Assembly (NCBI GenBank): GCA_011364925.1
Contig: RDOA01000021.1
Span: 1-37,501 of the forward strand
DNA from: Promethearchaeota archaeon
GTDB lineage: Archaea > Asgardarchaeota > Lokiarchaeia > Sigyniarchaeales > SOKP01
DNA: 37,501 bases
Direction of reading: 5' to 3'
Part shown: positions 1-9,154 of the stretch, in pieces
How the letters are laid out: every line of letters begins with the position of its first letter
Numbering within the stretch: position 1 is the stretch's first letter
Notes under the pieces: model-generated
What the model was told of the DNA's origin: nothing
Database searches by the model: none
Seen by the model: only the letters and a program-made list of their open reading frames with translations
Program-made: the position numbers and the translations under genes

Positions 1-141
1 ATCGATAATGAGTTTATAAATAAGTGGTATCGGATACTAGATGTTTCAAAATCAAAGGGAATTCTAAATAATAATAAAGATAATGAGAAGTTCGACAAAA
101 ATATGAATCTCTTAAAAGGTAAAGTATCTACCTATAATTAG
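1..141 (+). CDS. 3' end of a hypothetical protein (partial)
   Basis: Frame 1 is open from base 1 (IDNEFINKWYRILDVSK...STYN) to TAG at 139-141; it converges on the next gene. Confidence 0.55.
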   Translation: MDNEFINKWYRILDVSKSKGILNNNKDNEKFDKNMNLLKGKVSTYN

Positions 142-161
142 TAGTACCGAGTAATAGAACA

Positions 162-1517
162 TTATCTGAACATTTCCATAAAAGCTCCAAGACGAGTTTT
201 AACTTGTTCTACATTTTCTCCGATCTTGTTAAAAGTAATTGCGGTTGTTGGTATTTCAAGTTCTCGTCTTACTTTTTCTCTCAACATAGTGTAACAATTT
301 GATATTGAATGACAACCAAATAACTGGAAAAAGATTAAACCATCAGCATTTAAATCCCTTGCCATTCTTAAATAAGAATCTGTCAATTTATCGTTATCGC
401 AACCTATTCCTGTTTCTGTAGCGTTCATGAGAAAGCGAGCGTATTCTTCAGCTGGATTTGAATGACTTGAAGTAGGAATTTCCTCTAGCATTCTTAACAG
501 TTCCCAATCGGCATATAAAGCTCTTCCCCCTAACTCATAGATAATTTCATGACTTTTTGGCTCCCATCCTCCGAACATTGGTGTTACGAATATTCGAGGC
601 CTGTCAGCCACATCCATACCAATACCCTTTCTTATTCTTTCTCGCATTTCTCGTTCGAGAGCCATGATGTTGTCCCGGTACCTTGGCGCGTTCGAGTTAT
701 AATCTTGAAATGAAATGCTTAGCAAAGCCATGATTTCACTAAATGTTGCAGGATTACACGGGTAAAAGTCAGAAGCGCTAATTTCATAAATAATATTTTT
801 GTAGGCTCTTTTTACTTGATTCCCAATTTTGAAGTGATCTCGTATCTGGTTATCTGTAATCGTTTTACCTGTTAAGTTTTCAAATTCCTTGATTGCGTTG
901 CTAACATTATTAGTTAACAATTCTATTGCGTTTCCAATGTTTCGGGGAGGGATATCGACCCAGATTTGCTTAGGACCTTTGTTTATTGCTTTTAGAGACT
1001 CCAAATATTTATTGTAAGCACTACAACGAATTGTAACATTAAGGCAAGCGTCCACATTGCTTCCTTTAGTTACGTGCATTCCAACTAAACTTTTTAATCC
1101 ATAACAGAAATCGCTTGAGATTCCATTCTCAATTCCAATATCGTACATTTCGTTGTATTTTTTATTTATAACATCGATTACATCCTCAATAATATCGTCC
1201 ACAATTTTGCTTATTTCGTTGATTCCAAGATTCCTAATAAAGCCTAGAAAATTTGATACTGTGTTCCAACCAAAAATACTTGAGGCCGAACCTAAGTATG
1301 TAAGATATTGGCTAATCTCAAATTGATGCATTCTTATTGGAAAAACAGGGATCGTTCCAGCTGCAAAAGCTAAATCTGAAAATGGTAGGGTAACCGCTAC
1401 TAATTTTTCTTTTTCTCGGAATTTTTTCCTCTTTAAGTAGTTACGCCCAGTAAGCAAATTATAAGCCATGCGTAATACACTGCTGAATTGTATAATCTCG
1501 TCAGCAATTAAACTCAT
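162..1517 (-). CDS. 2-hydroxyacyl-CoA dehydratase family subunit (HgdA/HgdB/BcrB-like, [4Fe-4S])
   Basis: Cys positions DFC, IRC, FGCH; FENLTGKTITD segment; C-terminal EQVKTRLGAFMEM; operon with activase; ATGA overlap with upstream gene. Confidence 0.85.
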   Translation of the reverse strand: MSLIADEIIQFSSVLRMAYNLLTGRNYLKRKKFREKEKLVAVTLPFSDLAFAAGTIPVFPIRMHQFEISQYLTYLGSASSIFGWNTVSNFLGFIRNLGINEISKIVDDIIEDVIDVINKKYNEMYDIGIENGISSDFCYGLKSLVGMHVTKGSNVDACLNVTIRCSAYNKYLESLKAINKGPKQIWVDIPPRNIGNAIELLTNNVSNAIKEFENLTGKTITDNQIRDHFKIGNQVKRAYKNIIYEISASDFYPCNPATFSEIMALLSISFQDYNSNAPRYRDNIMALEREMRERIRKGIGMDVADRPRIFVTPMFGGWEPKSHEIIYELGGRALYADWELLRMLEEIPTSSHSNPAEEYARFLMNATETGIGCDNDKLTDSYLRMARDLNADGLIFFQLFGCHSISNCYTMLREKVRRELEIPTTAITFNKIGENVEQVKTRLGAFMEMFR

Positions 1518-2653
1518 TCCATCATCTCCAAATACGCTTCAATTCTAGTCAATAACTGACCACTATTTGCTCGTGAATAATCTCGCTCTAAATTTAGCAC
1601 TGATATTCCTTTTTCTTGCAGTCGTTCTTTCAAGAAAGAGGATAATAAAGAAATATGGTCACAAAATTTAATGATGTGGTTTATTACACCTAATTTTCGT
1701 CCTTTTGTTTTAGTATATTTTTGGTAATAATTCTCAATTAAAGCTACTTTCTGTTCGAGAAAATTAGGTACAGTGTGGTCCCCATAGATGTTATCCTTAA
1801 ATTTTAAAACTAACAAATCTAAAGGATCTTTTTCCGTTTGTATACTACTATCGTTTATAATCTGGGAAGAATAATGACTTCCGATCCAAGTATCGAAAAA
1901 AATAATATTTCCTCCTCCTTCCTCAATCAAATCGACCAGATTATCGTTAACAAAGATTGAGCAACCGGTAAATAATATATCTTTTGAAGTCTCTAATAAA
2001 GAGGATGGGTTTTCTCTAACATACTGAATAAACTTTTCTAAATCGGGTTGAAACTCAGGACCGTAAAGCATCGCTCTCTGTAAGACTTTTAGTTTTTCTG
2101 ATCCTAGTATCTCCAATTCATTTACTTTTAGCAGGACTCTTTTAAATTCATTATATTTGTTTATACTCTCAAAAAGCTTCTCGTTAGTTATTTCAGTTCC
2201 GGTAATCGCTTCAAGTCTTTTCTTTAGTTCTAATAGTTCTAATTTAAAATATTTCAAACTGCTATTATTTTTTGTATAGGGAACATAAAAATCCAATCGT
2301 GGAATATTAAAATGTTTGGATATAATTTCTGACACACATATGTCGGAAACACAATGATTAGATACAATGAAAAAATCTACTAAATCTAAAAAGCTAAAAA
2401 TGTTAGGTTTTGTTGAATACAATCCAATACAAGATTGAGCAAACGCACAAGTAGACGGAGGTAAAAAATTGTGGCTAGCATCCATCAGATCGTCGTTACC
2501 TCCAAACATCATCCTTAAAGGAAAAAAACCAGCAGCATCAAGCAATTCTTCGGGGATGTTATCGTGGGCTAAATAAGCAACAATTTTAACTCCGTTTGCT
2601 TTTTTTTCCTTAAGAAATAAGGAAAGATCCGATAGTAAACTTAGATCGTCCAT
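1514..2653 (-). CDS. 2-hydroxyacyl-CoA dehydratase family subunit (HgdB/BcrC-like)
   Basis: IPEELLDAAGFFPLR, STC, NHC, KFCD, LEAITGTEITNEKL, GQLLTRIEAYLEM. Confidence 0.88.
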   Translation of the reverse strand: MDDLSLLSDLSLFLKEKKANGVKIVAYLAHDNIPEELLDAAGFFPLRMMFGGNDDLMDASHNFLPPSTCAFAQSCIGLYSTKPNIFSFLDLVDFFIVSNHCVSDICVSEIISKHFNIPRLDFYVPYTKNNSSLKYFKLELLELKKRLEAITGTEITNEKLFESINKYNEFKRVLLKVNELEILGSEKLKVLQRAMLYGPEFQPDLEKFIQYVRENPSSLLETSKDILFTGCSIFVNDNLVDLIEEGGGNIIFFDTWIGSHYSSQIINDSSIQTEKDPLDLLVLKFKDNIYGDHTVPNFLEQKVALIENYYQKYTKTKGRKLGVINHIIKFCDHISLLSSFLKERLQEKGISVLNLERDYSRANSGQLLTRIEAYLEMME

Positions 2654-2766
2654 AATTTAAAATTCGATAATTCAAGCGTATTTATCAGAAAAAGGTTAAT
2701 TCTTTATAAAAGTTTACCGACTTAAAATATAGATAATAATATTAATTTAGATAAGTTTTATTAGTT

Positions 2767-3552
2767 TCAATTAGTGTTATTTTCCTGAGCAATTAATGCG
2801 GCGCCAATGGCTCCTGTTAATTGGGGAAATTCTGGGGTTTCGATTTCATACCCTAGTTCCTCTTCTAAATATTTTTTCACTGCTGGATTTTTAGCAACGC
2901 CTCCACAAAATACTAATTTTGGACCAACTCCAATGCGTTTTGCCATACCAGCAACTCTTCTTGCAATGGATCTATGAATTCCACTCGCAATTTCTTCTTT
3001 TGAGGCCCCTCGAGCAAATAAACTAATAACTTCACTTTCTGCAAAAACCGTGCATGTAGAACTAATTGACGCTGATTTATTAGATTTTAGAGCCAGATCC
3101 CCAAACTGATCAATAGGGACTTCTAAAGCGTGAGCCATGACTTCTAAGAACCTACCAGTCCCCGCTGCACATTTATCGTTCATCTGAAAATCGACTACAT
3201 TTCCTGTTTTCTTAGAGATTACGATTGCTTTACTGTCTTGACCTCCAATATCAATAACTGAATGAACATCTGGAAAGAAAAATTGTGTACCTTTTGCGTG
3301 AGCAGTTATTTCAGTTACCCGGTCATCTGCAATGTCAATTGTGTTTCTACCGTATCCTGTACTCATCAGGAATACTTCTTCTCTATTTAAATCATTCTTT
3401 TTAAGGAGATCATCGAATAAATTATGTCCAATTCTTTTAAAGTCGTATGTAGATCTTTCCGTTCTGTGATCGATTAATCTTCCCTCACTAATAAGAACAA
3501 TCTTAGTCGCTAAAGAGCCAATATCGATACCTATAAAAGCTTTCAATTTCAA
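2767..3552 (-). CDS. hgdC: Acyl-CoA dehydratase activase (HgdC/BcrA-D ASKHA ATPase, [4Fe-4S])
   Basis: GIDIGS, STGYGR, TEITAHAKG, DIGGQDSK, MNDKCAAGTGRFLE, SSTCTVFAESE, GGVAKN. Confidence 0.93.
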   Translation of the reverse strand: MKLKAFIGIDIGSLATKIVLISEGRLIDHRTERSTYDFKRIGHNLFDDLLKKNDLNREEVFLMSTGYGRNTIDIADDRVTEITAHAKGTQFFFPDVHSVIDIGGQDSKAIVISKKTGNVVDFQMNDKCAAGTGRFLEVMAHALEVPIDQFGDLALKSNKSASISSTCTVFAESEVISLFARGASKEEIASGIHRSIARRVAGMAKRIGVGPKLVFCGGVAKNPAVKKYLEEELGYEIETPEFPQLTGAIGAALIAQENNTN

Positions 3553-3628
3553 TCAGCTTCATAAACTGAGTTTTTGTAGAGAAATTGTTCTAAAAATTTT
3601 AATCTTTCGAAAGTAAATTTAAGCCGTT

Positions 3629-4345
3629 TCAGTTAAGAAGAAGAATTGATATAATCATAGTTATGCTAAAAGCAGCTAACATTTGGATGATATTTTTCGA
3701 TATTGATTCTTTTGAAATAAATCCTATAAAACTTCCGAGCATAACTATACAAATAAAGATGATTATGAAGGAAAAGATAAAAGTGTGAAAATTTGCCTTC
3801 TCCGTAAAGAAGAAAGGAAAAAGTGGGAATAAGCCTCCCAGAAAAGGTGCGCTACCATTTACAAGTGATACAACTATGGTTGCGAATCTTTCTGCTTTCT
3901 TCTGCAGCGTTCTTACTCTTTTTTGGTTCTTTTTCGGATTTCTTATTCTTCTTTTTCTTAAAAGTTTTTTATCTAAATTCATTGTTATCATTGCTTTTTC
4001 GATTTCTTTATATTCAAAATCAATTTCTTCTTCATTTTTTTTCTGTTCTTCAACGAAAACCATTGCTCTGTCTAACTCTAACTTTAATTTCCGTAGTTCT
4101 GCTCTTTCTGAGATGTAAGACCCACTCAACCCAGATACAAACATCGAGATCGAGGTGGCAAGTCCTGTTAAAAGAATTAGATAACTATCTATAGATAAAT
4201 GATTTCCTCTTATGATTGAAATAAAAAAACCAAGAATAATTCCTAAGATTGTTAACATCCCATCATAGAAATTATTCACAAAGTATCGACGAGCAATGGA
4301 AAAAAAATCAGTTATTTTTGCATACGTCCTTACTTTTTCAATCAT
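3629..4345 (-). CDS. VIT1/CCC1-like (TIGR00267-type) membrane transporter, paralog 1
   Basis: ARRYFVNNFYDGMLT (TM1 Asp), SISMFVSGLSGSYISERAE, APFLGGLFPLFPF; about 5 TM with a charged cytoplasmic insert. Confidence 0.8.
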   Translation of the reverse strand: MIEKVRTYAKITDFFSIARRYFVNNFYDGMLTILGIILGFFISIIRGNHLSIDSYLILLTGLATSISMFVSGLSGSYISERAELRKLKLELDRAMVFVEEQKKNEEEIDFEYKEIEKAMITMNLDKKLLRKRRIRNPKKNQKRVRTLQKKAERFATIVVSLVNGSAPFLGGLFPLFPFFFTEKANFHTFIFSFIIIFICIVMLGSFIGFISKESISKNIIQMLAAFSITMIISILLLN

Positions 4346-4497
4346 TTTACTTTAACTTAATTTTAGACCACAATAAATCTGGTGATCCTTATTACACAAA
4401 TAAGTTTTTTCAAAATATATCTTGATGTTTAACTGTTCTCAAATGTTATTTGGTTATCATCACTTTTATATATATTTGCTATTGGTTGTTGAAGCAT

Positions 4498-5280
4498 TCA
4501 AAGGGAGATTGCTAATTCTAATAAGAGAGAGACAATTAAAGTGGTAACCCCTGCTGTGACAAGGTGTAAAGCATATTTTATACGACCTCCTCCAGAGATA
4601 TTACCTAAAAAAACACCTAAGTAAACTAAAATGCCTACTAAAATGGCATAAGAAAAAATAAATTGGAATAACGATAATACAGTGCCGAAGAAAAATGGTA
4701 TTAAAGGAAGAACTGAACCTAAAACAGGAGCTCCTCCATCTACTATGGATGCAACTATAGTCGCAAACCTTTCTGATTGTTCTATTAAAGATCTTTTCCC
4801 ATTACCTTTATTTCGTTTGACGTCGATAGAATCCATATCAAGATTTTTATTATGCTTTATTTTTATGGGAGTTATCATCGCTTTTTGAATCTCTTTTTTT
4901 TCTAGCTCAAGTTCTTCATGGTTTTGTTTTCCATTTTTCGCATTGAATTCCTCTTCAATAATTACCATTTCTTTTTTTAAATCGATAATCTTCTTTTTTC
5001 GTTCAGCATCTTCAGAGAGGAATGCACCCCAGAGACCACTTATTCCAATAGCTAAAGCTGTAGAAAATCCTGTTATAACAATGATTGCAGAACTTAAATT
5101 TTGACTTGGATGAGATAAAAAGACAATGAAACTTGCACTAATAATACCAGCACAAGTAAGCGCTCCGTCAAAACAATTGTTAAAAAACTTTCTACGCGAG
5201 ATAATGCCTAAATCGGACATTTCAGAGAAACTACGCCATTTGTTCAATTTAGACTTGAAACCCATTTTGGGTAAAGACAC
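4498..5280 (-). CDS. VIT1/CCC1-like (TIGR00267-type) membrane transporter, paralog 2
   Basis: SRRKFFNNCFDGALT, AIGISGLWGAFLSEDAE, APVLGSVLPLIPF; clearly similar to the adjacent gene. Confidence 0.8.
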   Translation of the reverse strand: MSLPKMGFKSKLNKWRSFSEMSDLGIISRRKFFNNCFDGALTCAGIISASFIVFLSHPSQNLSSAIIVITGFSTALAIGISGLWGAFLSEDAERKKKIIDLKKEMVIIEEEFNAKNGKQNHEELELEKKEIQKAMITPIKIKHNKNLDMDSIDVKRNKGNGKRSLIEQSERFATIVASIVDGGAPVLGSVLPLIPFFFGTVLSLFQFIFSYAILVGILVYLGVFLGNISGGGRIKYALHLVTAGVTTLIVSLLLELAISL

Positions 5281-5479
5281 CTAATTCATGTACTAAGAAT
5301 TATAGTTAGAATAATTCAAAAGTTACTATAACTCTTATAAGGTATTAATACTATTAATCTTTTTTCAATGAATTTTCCAGATTTTTTATAGATTCGATAT
5401 TTATATTTAAAAACTGATGATTTTTATTTACTTAATCATATAATATGCATAGAAAAATTATCTTATACAGATTCTTAAA

Positions 5480-6124
5480 ATGTCATCAAATCGAAAGGTT
5501 AAAGAAGAAATCATTACGCTTCTTATAGAGCATTCTAGAATAATTTACGATGTTACTAGTGATATGGGCGTATATTACTCCAGTTGGGCAGAAGATTTTG
5601 AATCTAACAAAGAAAATCTAGAAAAGAAAAAAACTAAAATGCAAATATCGGAAGAAGAAGCTGACGAGTTAAAAATTAGGCTAATAAAAAACTTTTCAGA
5701 GGCAGAGGCTTTTAACATGGGGGCTTATGTGAACTTAGTTCTAAGAATGGATGTCATCCTTAATTATCCCCTTGAGTTTGTCGATATGTTGACTAATATA
5801 AAAATTAAAGGCAAAAACGCAAAGGAAATTAAGAAGAGGTATCACAAATTATTGAACCAAGTTTTAGAAATGGTTGACATTTTAAAGACTACTATAAAAA
5901 ACTTAAGAGATAATCCAGATGTCGTTTTTGAAAATACTACAACAATTCATGAACTGGAATCCGAGATCGACAAAACCTACAGGCAATTTCTCGAATTTAT
6001 TTACTCGAATGTTGAAGATATAAGAGTTTTATTAAGGATTAGAGATAGTATAGTTCTTTTAGAGCAGATGGCTGACCGTGTACATGATATTGCAGATGTT
6101 ATGAGAGTTTTATTGTATCAGTGA
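5480..6124 (+). CDS. DUF47 / PhoU-like phosphate transport regulator
   Basis: All-helical 214 aa with duplicated ExxxD motifs (EEEADELK; ELESEIDK) and LEQMADRVHDIAD. Confidence 0.8.
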   Translation: MSSNRKVKEEIITLLIEHSRIIYDVTSDMGVYYSSWAEDFESNKENLEKKKTKMQISEEEADELKIRLIKNFSEAEAFNMGAYVNLVLRMDVILNYPLEFVDMLTNIKIKGKNAKEIKKRYHKLLNQVLEMVDILKTTIKNLRDNPDVVFENTTTIHELESEIDKTYRQFLEFIYSNVEDIRVLLRIRDSIVLLEQMADRVHDIADVMRVLLYQ

Positions 6125-6134
6125 ACTTTACATC

Positions 6135-6155
6135 ATCCTAAACTAGGATCTTTTT
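6135..6155 (+). terminator. Possible terminator: hairpin ATCCTA-AAC-TAGGAT followed by CTTTTT
   Basis: Perfect 6-bp stem plus T-tract about 10 nt after the DUF47 stop. Confidence 0.35.
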
Positions 6156-6254
6156 GGAAATAAATCAACTTAATTAATTTTAACAGAATTACTAATTATT
6201 ATTATAAGTAGAAAGATTTATACACCTAAATTTATTATTCTATATTTAAAATAA

Positions 6255-6262
6255 TTTATATA
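6255..6262 (+). promoter_or_regulatory. Candidate TATA box for the ATPase operon
   Basis: TTTATATA about 26 nt upstream of the atpK ATG; the AT-rich context makes this weak. Confidence 0.3.
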
Positions 6263-6287
6263 ATAACAAGTAAAAGATGTAAATTCG

Positions 6288-6650
6288 ATGAATGGAAAAA
6301 AAAAATTTTATATATTACTCGGAGTTTTCCAGTTAGTACTTATAGCAATTGTATTTCTAAGCGTCGATGGCGTGGTTACATTTGTAGCAGCACAAACAAC
6401 CAGTTTTGATTATTTTGATTCTGGAACATCAGCAGCTCTGGCGATCGCAGCGTCAATAGCTCTTGCTGCGTCAGTAATAGGTAGTGGCATTGCTTTAAGA
6501 ACAGTTGGAACTGCAGCTATATCTTCCTTATCCGAGAGAGAAGAAAGTTTTTTCAAAGCATTCCTAGTTGTTGCATTATGTGAAGCTTTAGCTGTATACG
6601 GTTTGATTGTTGCAATCCTATTTTGGACAAAAATTCCTAACCCGATTTAA
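6288..6650 (+). CDS. atpK: A/V-type ATPase proteolipid subunit K/c with N-terminal signal-peptide-like extension
   Basis: GSGIALRTVGTAAIS...VALCEALAVYGLIVAIL with the carrier Glu; single hairpin plus an extra N-terminal hydrophobic helix. Confidence 0.92.
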   Translation: MNGKKKFYILLGVFQLVLIAIVFLSVDGVVTFVAAQTTSFDYFDSGTSAALAIAASIALAASVIGSGIALRTVGTAAISSLSEREESFFKAFLVVALCEALAVYGLIVAILFWTKIPNPI

Positions 6651-6691
6651 TATCGTTTATATCATAAATTCTGAAGTTAGGTGATTTTTGG

Positions 6692-7747
6692 ACGAGTATA
6701 ATTATTCCATCTTATGCGTATACATACATCAAAATAAATTTTTTAAAAAATTTAATAATTGATGATGCTACCTTAAGAAATCTTGAGACAATAAATGATA
6801 TCTATTTTTTTATAGAATCTATAAAGAGGTATTATCCTAATATAGAAATAAAAAATTACACAATAGAGGAACTAGAAGGAGCTTTAATTAATAATTATAT
6901 ACTCGTAGTGGGTAAAATTATCCTCTTTTCTCCCCTGAATATGAGAAGTTTTTTAAAGAAGTACTTAATGCAATTTGAAATTCAAAATCTCAAAACAATA
7001 ATTATTAGTTTAATAATAGGGCGGAATAAAGTTGAAACGAGAAAAGACATTAATTTTCTAGCAGAGGAATATTTAGACAACACAGAATTTATTGAAGATG
7101 CGCTTAAGGCTACTTCATTAGAGGAAATACAACTTTTAATGAAAAAAACACCATACAGAATACCAATAAGAGAAGGTCTTCTTTATTTAAAAGAAAAAAA
7201 GGAAGTTTTCGTCTTAGAAGCCTTTTTAGACCAATTATACTATAAGCAACTTCAATCGCAAACTCAAAATCTAACTAAAAAAGAAAAGATAATGATTTCA
7301 TTATTTGTAAGGTATAAAACAGAAATATACAATTTAAATGTGATTTATAGGGGGATCAGAAACAATATTGAGAGATCATTACTAAGACAATTTTTGGTCC
7401 ATAATTATTTATTCTTAGATGAAGGAAGAATTGAATATTTGTTAAACTTAACTAATCCAGATGATTTTGTTCTTACGATAGTAGCATTTCTTAAAGAGGC
7501 TAAAGACGCAAAACCACTTTTCTTACAACATAAAATCAATCAGGACCAAATAATAAGATCTATAGAGGAATTTTATATTACCTATTATTTTAAAAAATTT
7601 AAGATTGAAATTGGTGATATACCATACTACACTATTTCCAAAATATTGGAAGTATTGATTAAAAAAGAAAAAGAAATTAGATTTGAAATTTTACCAAATA
7701 TTATAAGAATCATTCATAAAAAGTTTAAAGTATTGGAAAAGTTGTAG
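6692..7747 (+). CDS. atpC: A/V-type ATPase subunit C/d (start uncertain; ORF track begins at 6908)
   Basis: LEAFLDQLYY and EIYNLNVIYRG motifs. The frame is open upstream to TAA 6665 and encodes SYAYTYIKINFLKNLII, typical of subunit C N-termini. SD AGGTGAT at 6679-6685. Confidence 0.8.
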   Translation, partial: TSIIIPSYAYTYIKINFLKNLIIDDATLRNLETINDIYFFIESIKRYYPNIEIKNYTIEELEGALINNYILVVGKIILFSPLNMRSFLKKYLMQFEIQNLKTIIISLIIGRNKVETRKDINFLAEEYLDNTEFIEDALKATSLEEIQLLMKKTPYRIPIREGLLYLKEKKEVFVLEAFLDQLYYKQLQSQTQNLTKKEKIMISLFVRYKTEIYNLNVIYRGIRNNIERSLLRQFLVHNYLFLDEGRIEYLLNLTNPDDFVLTIVAFLKEAKDAKPLFLQHKINQDQIIRSIEEFYITYYFKKFKIEIGDIPYYTISKILEVLIKKEKEIRFEILPNIIRIIHKKFKVLEKL

Positions 7748-7786
7748 ATTTAATAAAATTAGAAATAATAAGTCGGAGCTGTCTTA

Positions 7787-8098
7787 ATGAAAATTTTTGA
7801 ATGGGTTGAAGAGATAGAAGGAATTTATGAAGATCTAGTTGATAAAACTAGAAATGAAAGTTTAAAAGAGATACAAAAGGAAAGAAATATTCAAGATAAA
7901 TTGTTAGAAGAAACTACTCGGAAGAATCAAGAAATTATTAAAGAAGCCTTAAATACAGTCTCTAAAATACTTAGTGAAGAATCAGCTAAATTTGAAGAAT
8001 TATTAACGAATTTAAACAATAACATCGAGAAATATTATTACGATAATAGAAATGAATTAATTAATACAATGTTCAAGGAATTGGGATTTGATTTTTAA
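7787..8098 (+). CDS. atpH: Probable A/V-type ATPase peripheral stalk subunit H/G
   Basis: 103-aa charged helical protein inside the operon; the only subunit otherwise missing; TAATG coupling to F. Confidence 0.65.
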   Translation: MKIFEWVEEIEGIYEDLVDKTRNESLKEIQKERNIQDKLLEETTRKNQEIIKEALNTVSKILSEESAKFEELLTNLNNNIEKYYYDNRNELINTMFKELGFDF

Positions 8099-8415
8099 TG
8101 CCAGAAGAAAAGATACATATTATTGGTCAAGAAGAAATAGTTACTCTTTTTGGACTTTTAGGAATTGAAGGGACTATAGTTAAACATGATGAGGATTTCA
8201 TGAAAGTTTTTGAAGATTTAACAATGAAACCATCAATTGCGATGATCATTATTAATATGGATCTAACAGATGATCTCTTTGAATTTATATTAGATTTTAA
8301 AACAAATAATAAAATTCCGTTTGTATATGTATTGCCTGACATCTTCCAACAAGATATCGTAAAACATGATAAGATTTATGATATGATTTATGATCTAATA
8401 CAAGAACTTACCTAG
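8098..8415 (+). CDS. atpF: A/V-type ATPase subunit F
   Basis: KIHIIGQEEIVTLFGLLGIEG...IAMIII...PFVYVLPD. Confidence 0.88.
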   Translation: MPEEKIHIIGQEEIVTLFGLLGIEGTIVKHDEDFMKVFEDLTMKPSIAMIIINMDLTDDLFEFILDFKTNNKIPFVYVLPDIFQQDIVKHDKIYDMIYDLIQELT

Positions 8416-8428
8416 AATGAGATGATAA

Positions 8429-9154
8429 ATTATTAGCGAAGAAGATGAAGTTAAGAAGCGGTTTGGAGAATTAGGTTTATACTTAGTTAGACAAGCTGAT
8501 AAAGAGATAAAGAAGATTAACCAGCAGACTCTTTTTCAGTTGGCAGAAATTAAAAGAAAAAATAAAGAGAGAATTTCAGAAAGTTCTATAAAAATGAAAC
8601 AGAACTTTGATGAGACTTACAATAATTTATTGAATAATTTTCTTTCCTCATCTCTTTTGAAAATTAAAGAAGCTATATTAAAAACTAAAAATAAATTAAT
8701 ATCAGATTTCATCTCAGCATTAACAAATCTAATAAACGACAAAATCAAAAAGAATTATTCGGGTTATATTGATTTTTTATTAAAAATCTTAGAAAGTACT
8801 AAAAAGATTATTGATAAACCACCAGAAATTAGAATTACATTTAATTCAAAAGATTATGGCTACTTTAGTGAAAATATGAATAAGATAGAAAAAATCCTCA
8901 AGAACAAAGTAAAGTTGATCAAATCAGAAACTGAATTTACTGGAGGATTTTTATGTGTTGTAGCCACTGGAAATATTTCCTACAATTATACAATTGAAAA
9001 TCAATTAAAAAGAAATACTACTCTTATAGAAATTAGTTTTTCAAAAATATTTTCAGATTTTGAACCAGATGTGAAAAATCTTGAAAATAAATATATTCAT
9101 TTTATTCAGAATCAAAAATTAGCTATCGATGAATATTTAAAGCATTATGAATGA
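8429..9154 (+). CDS. atpE: A/V-type ATPase subunit E (start uncertain; ORF track begins at 8540)
   Basis: TGGFLCV...GNISYNYTIENQL C-terminal motif; frame open upstream to TAA 8426 (IISEEDEVKKRFGEL...); overlaps atpA by 8 nt. Confidence 0.82.
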   Translation: MISEEDEVKKRFGELGLYLVRQADKEIKKINQQTLFQLAEIKRKNKERISESSIKMKQNFDETYNNLLNNFLSSSLLKIKEAILKTKNKLISDFISALTNLINDKIKKNYSGYIDFLLKILESTKKIIDKPPEIRITFNSKDYGYFSENMNKIEKILKNKVKLIKSETEFTGGFLCVVATGNISYNYTIENQLKRNTTLIEISFSKIFSDFEPDVKNLENKYIHFIQNQKLAIDEYLKHYE

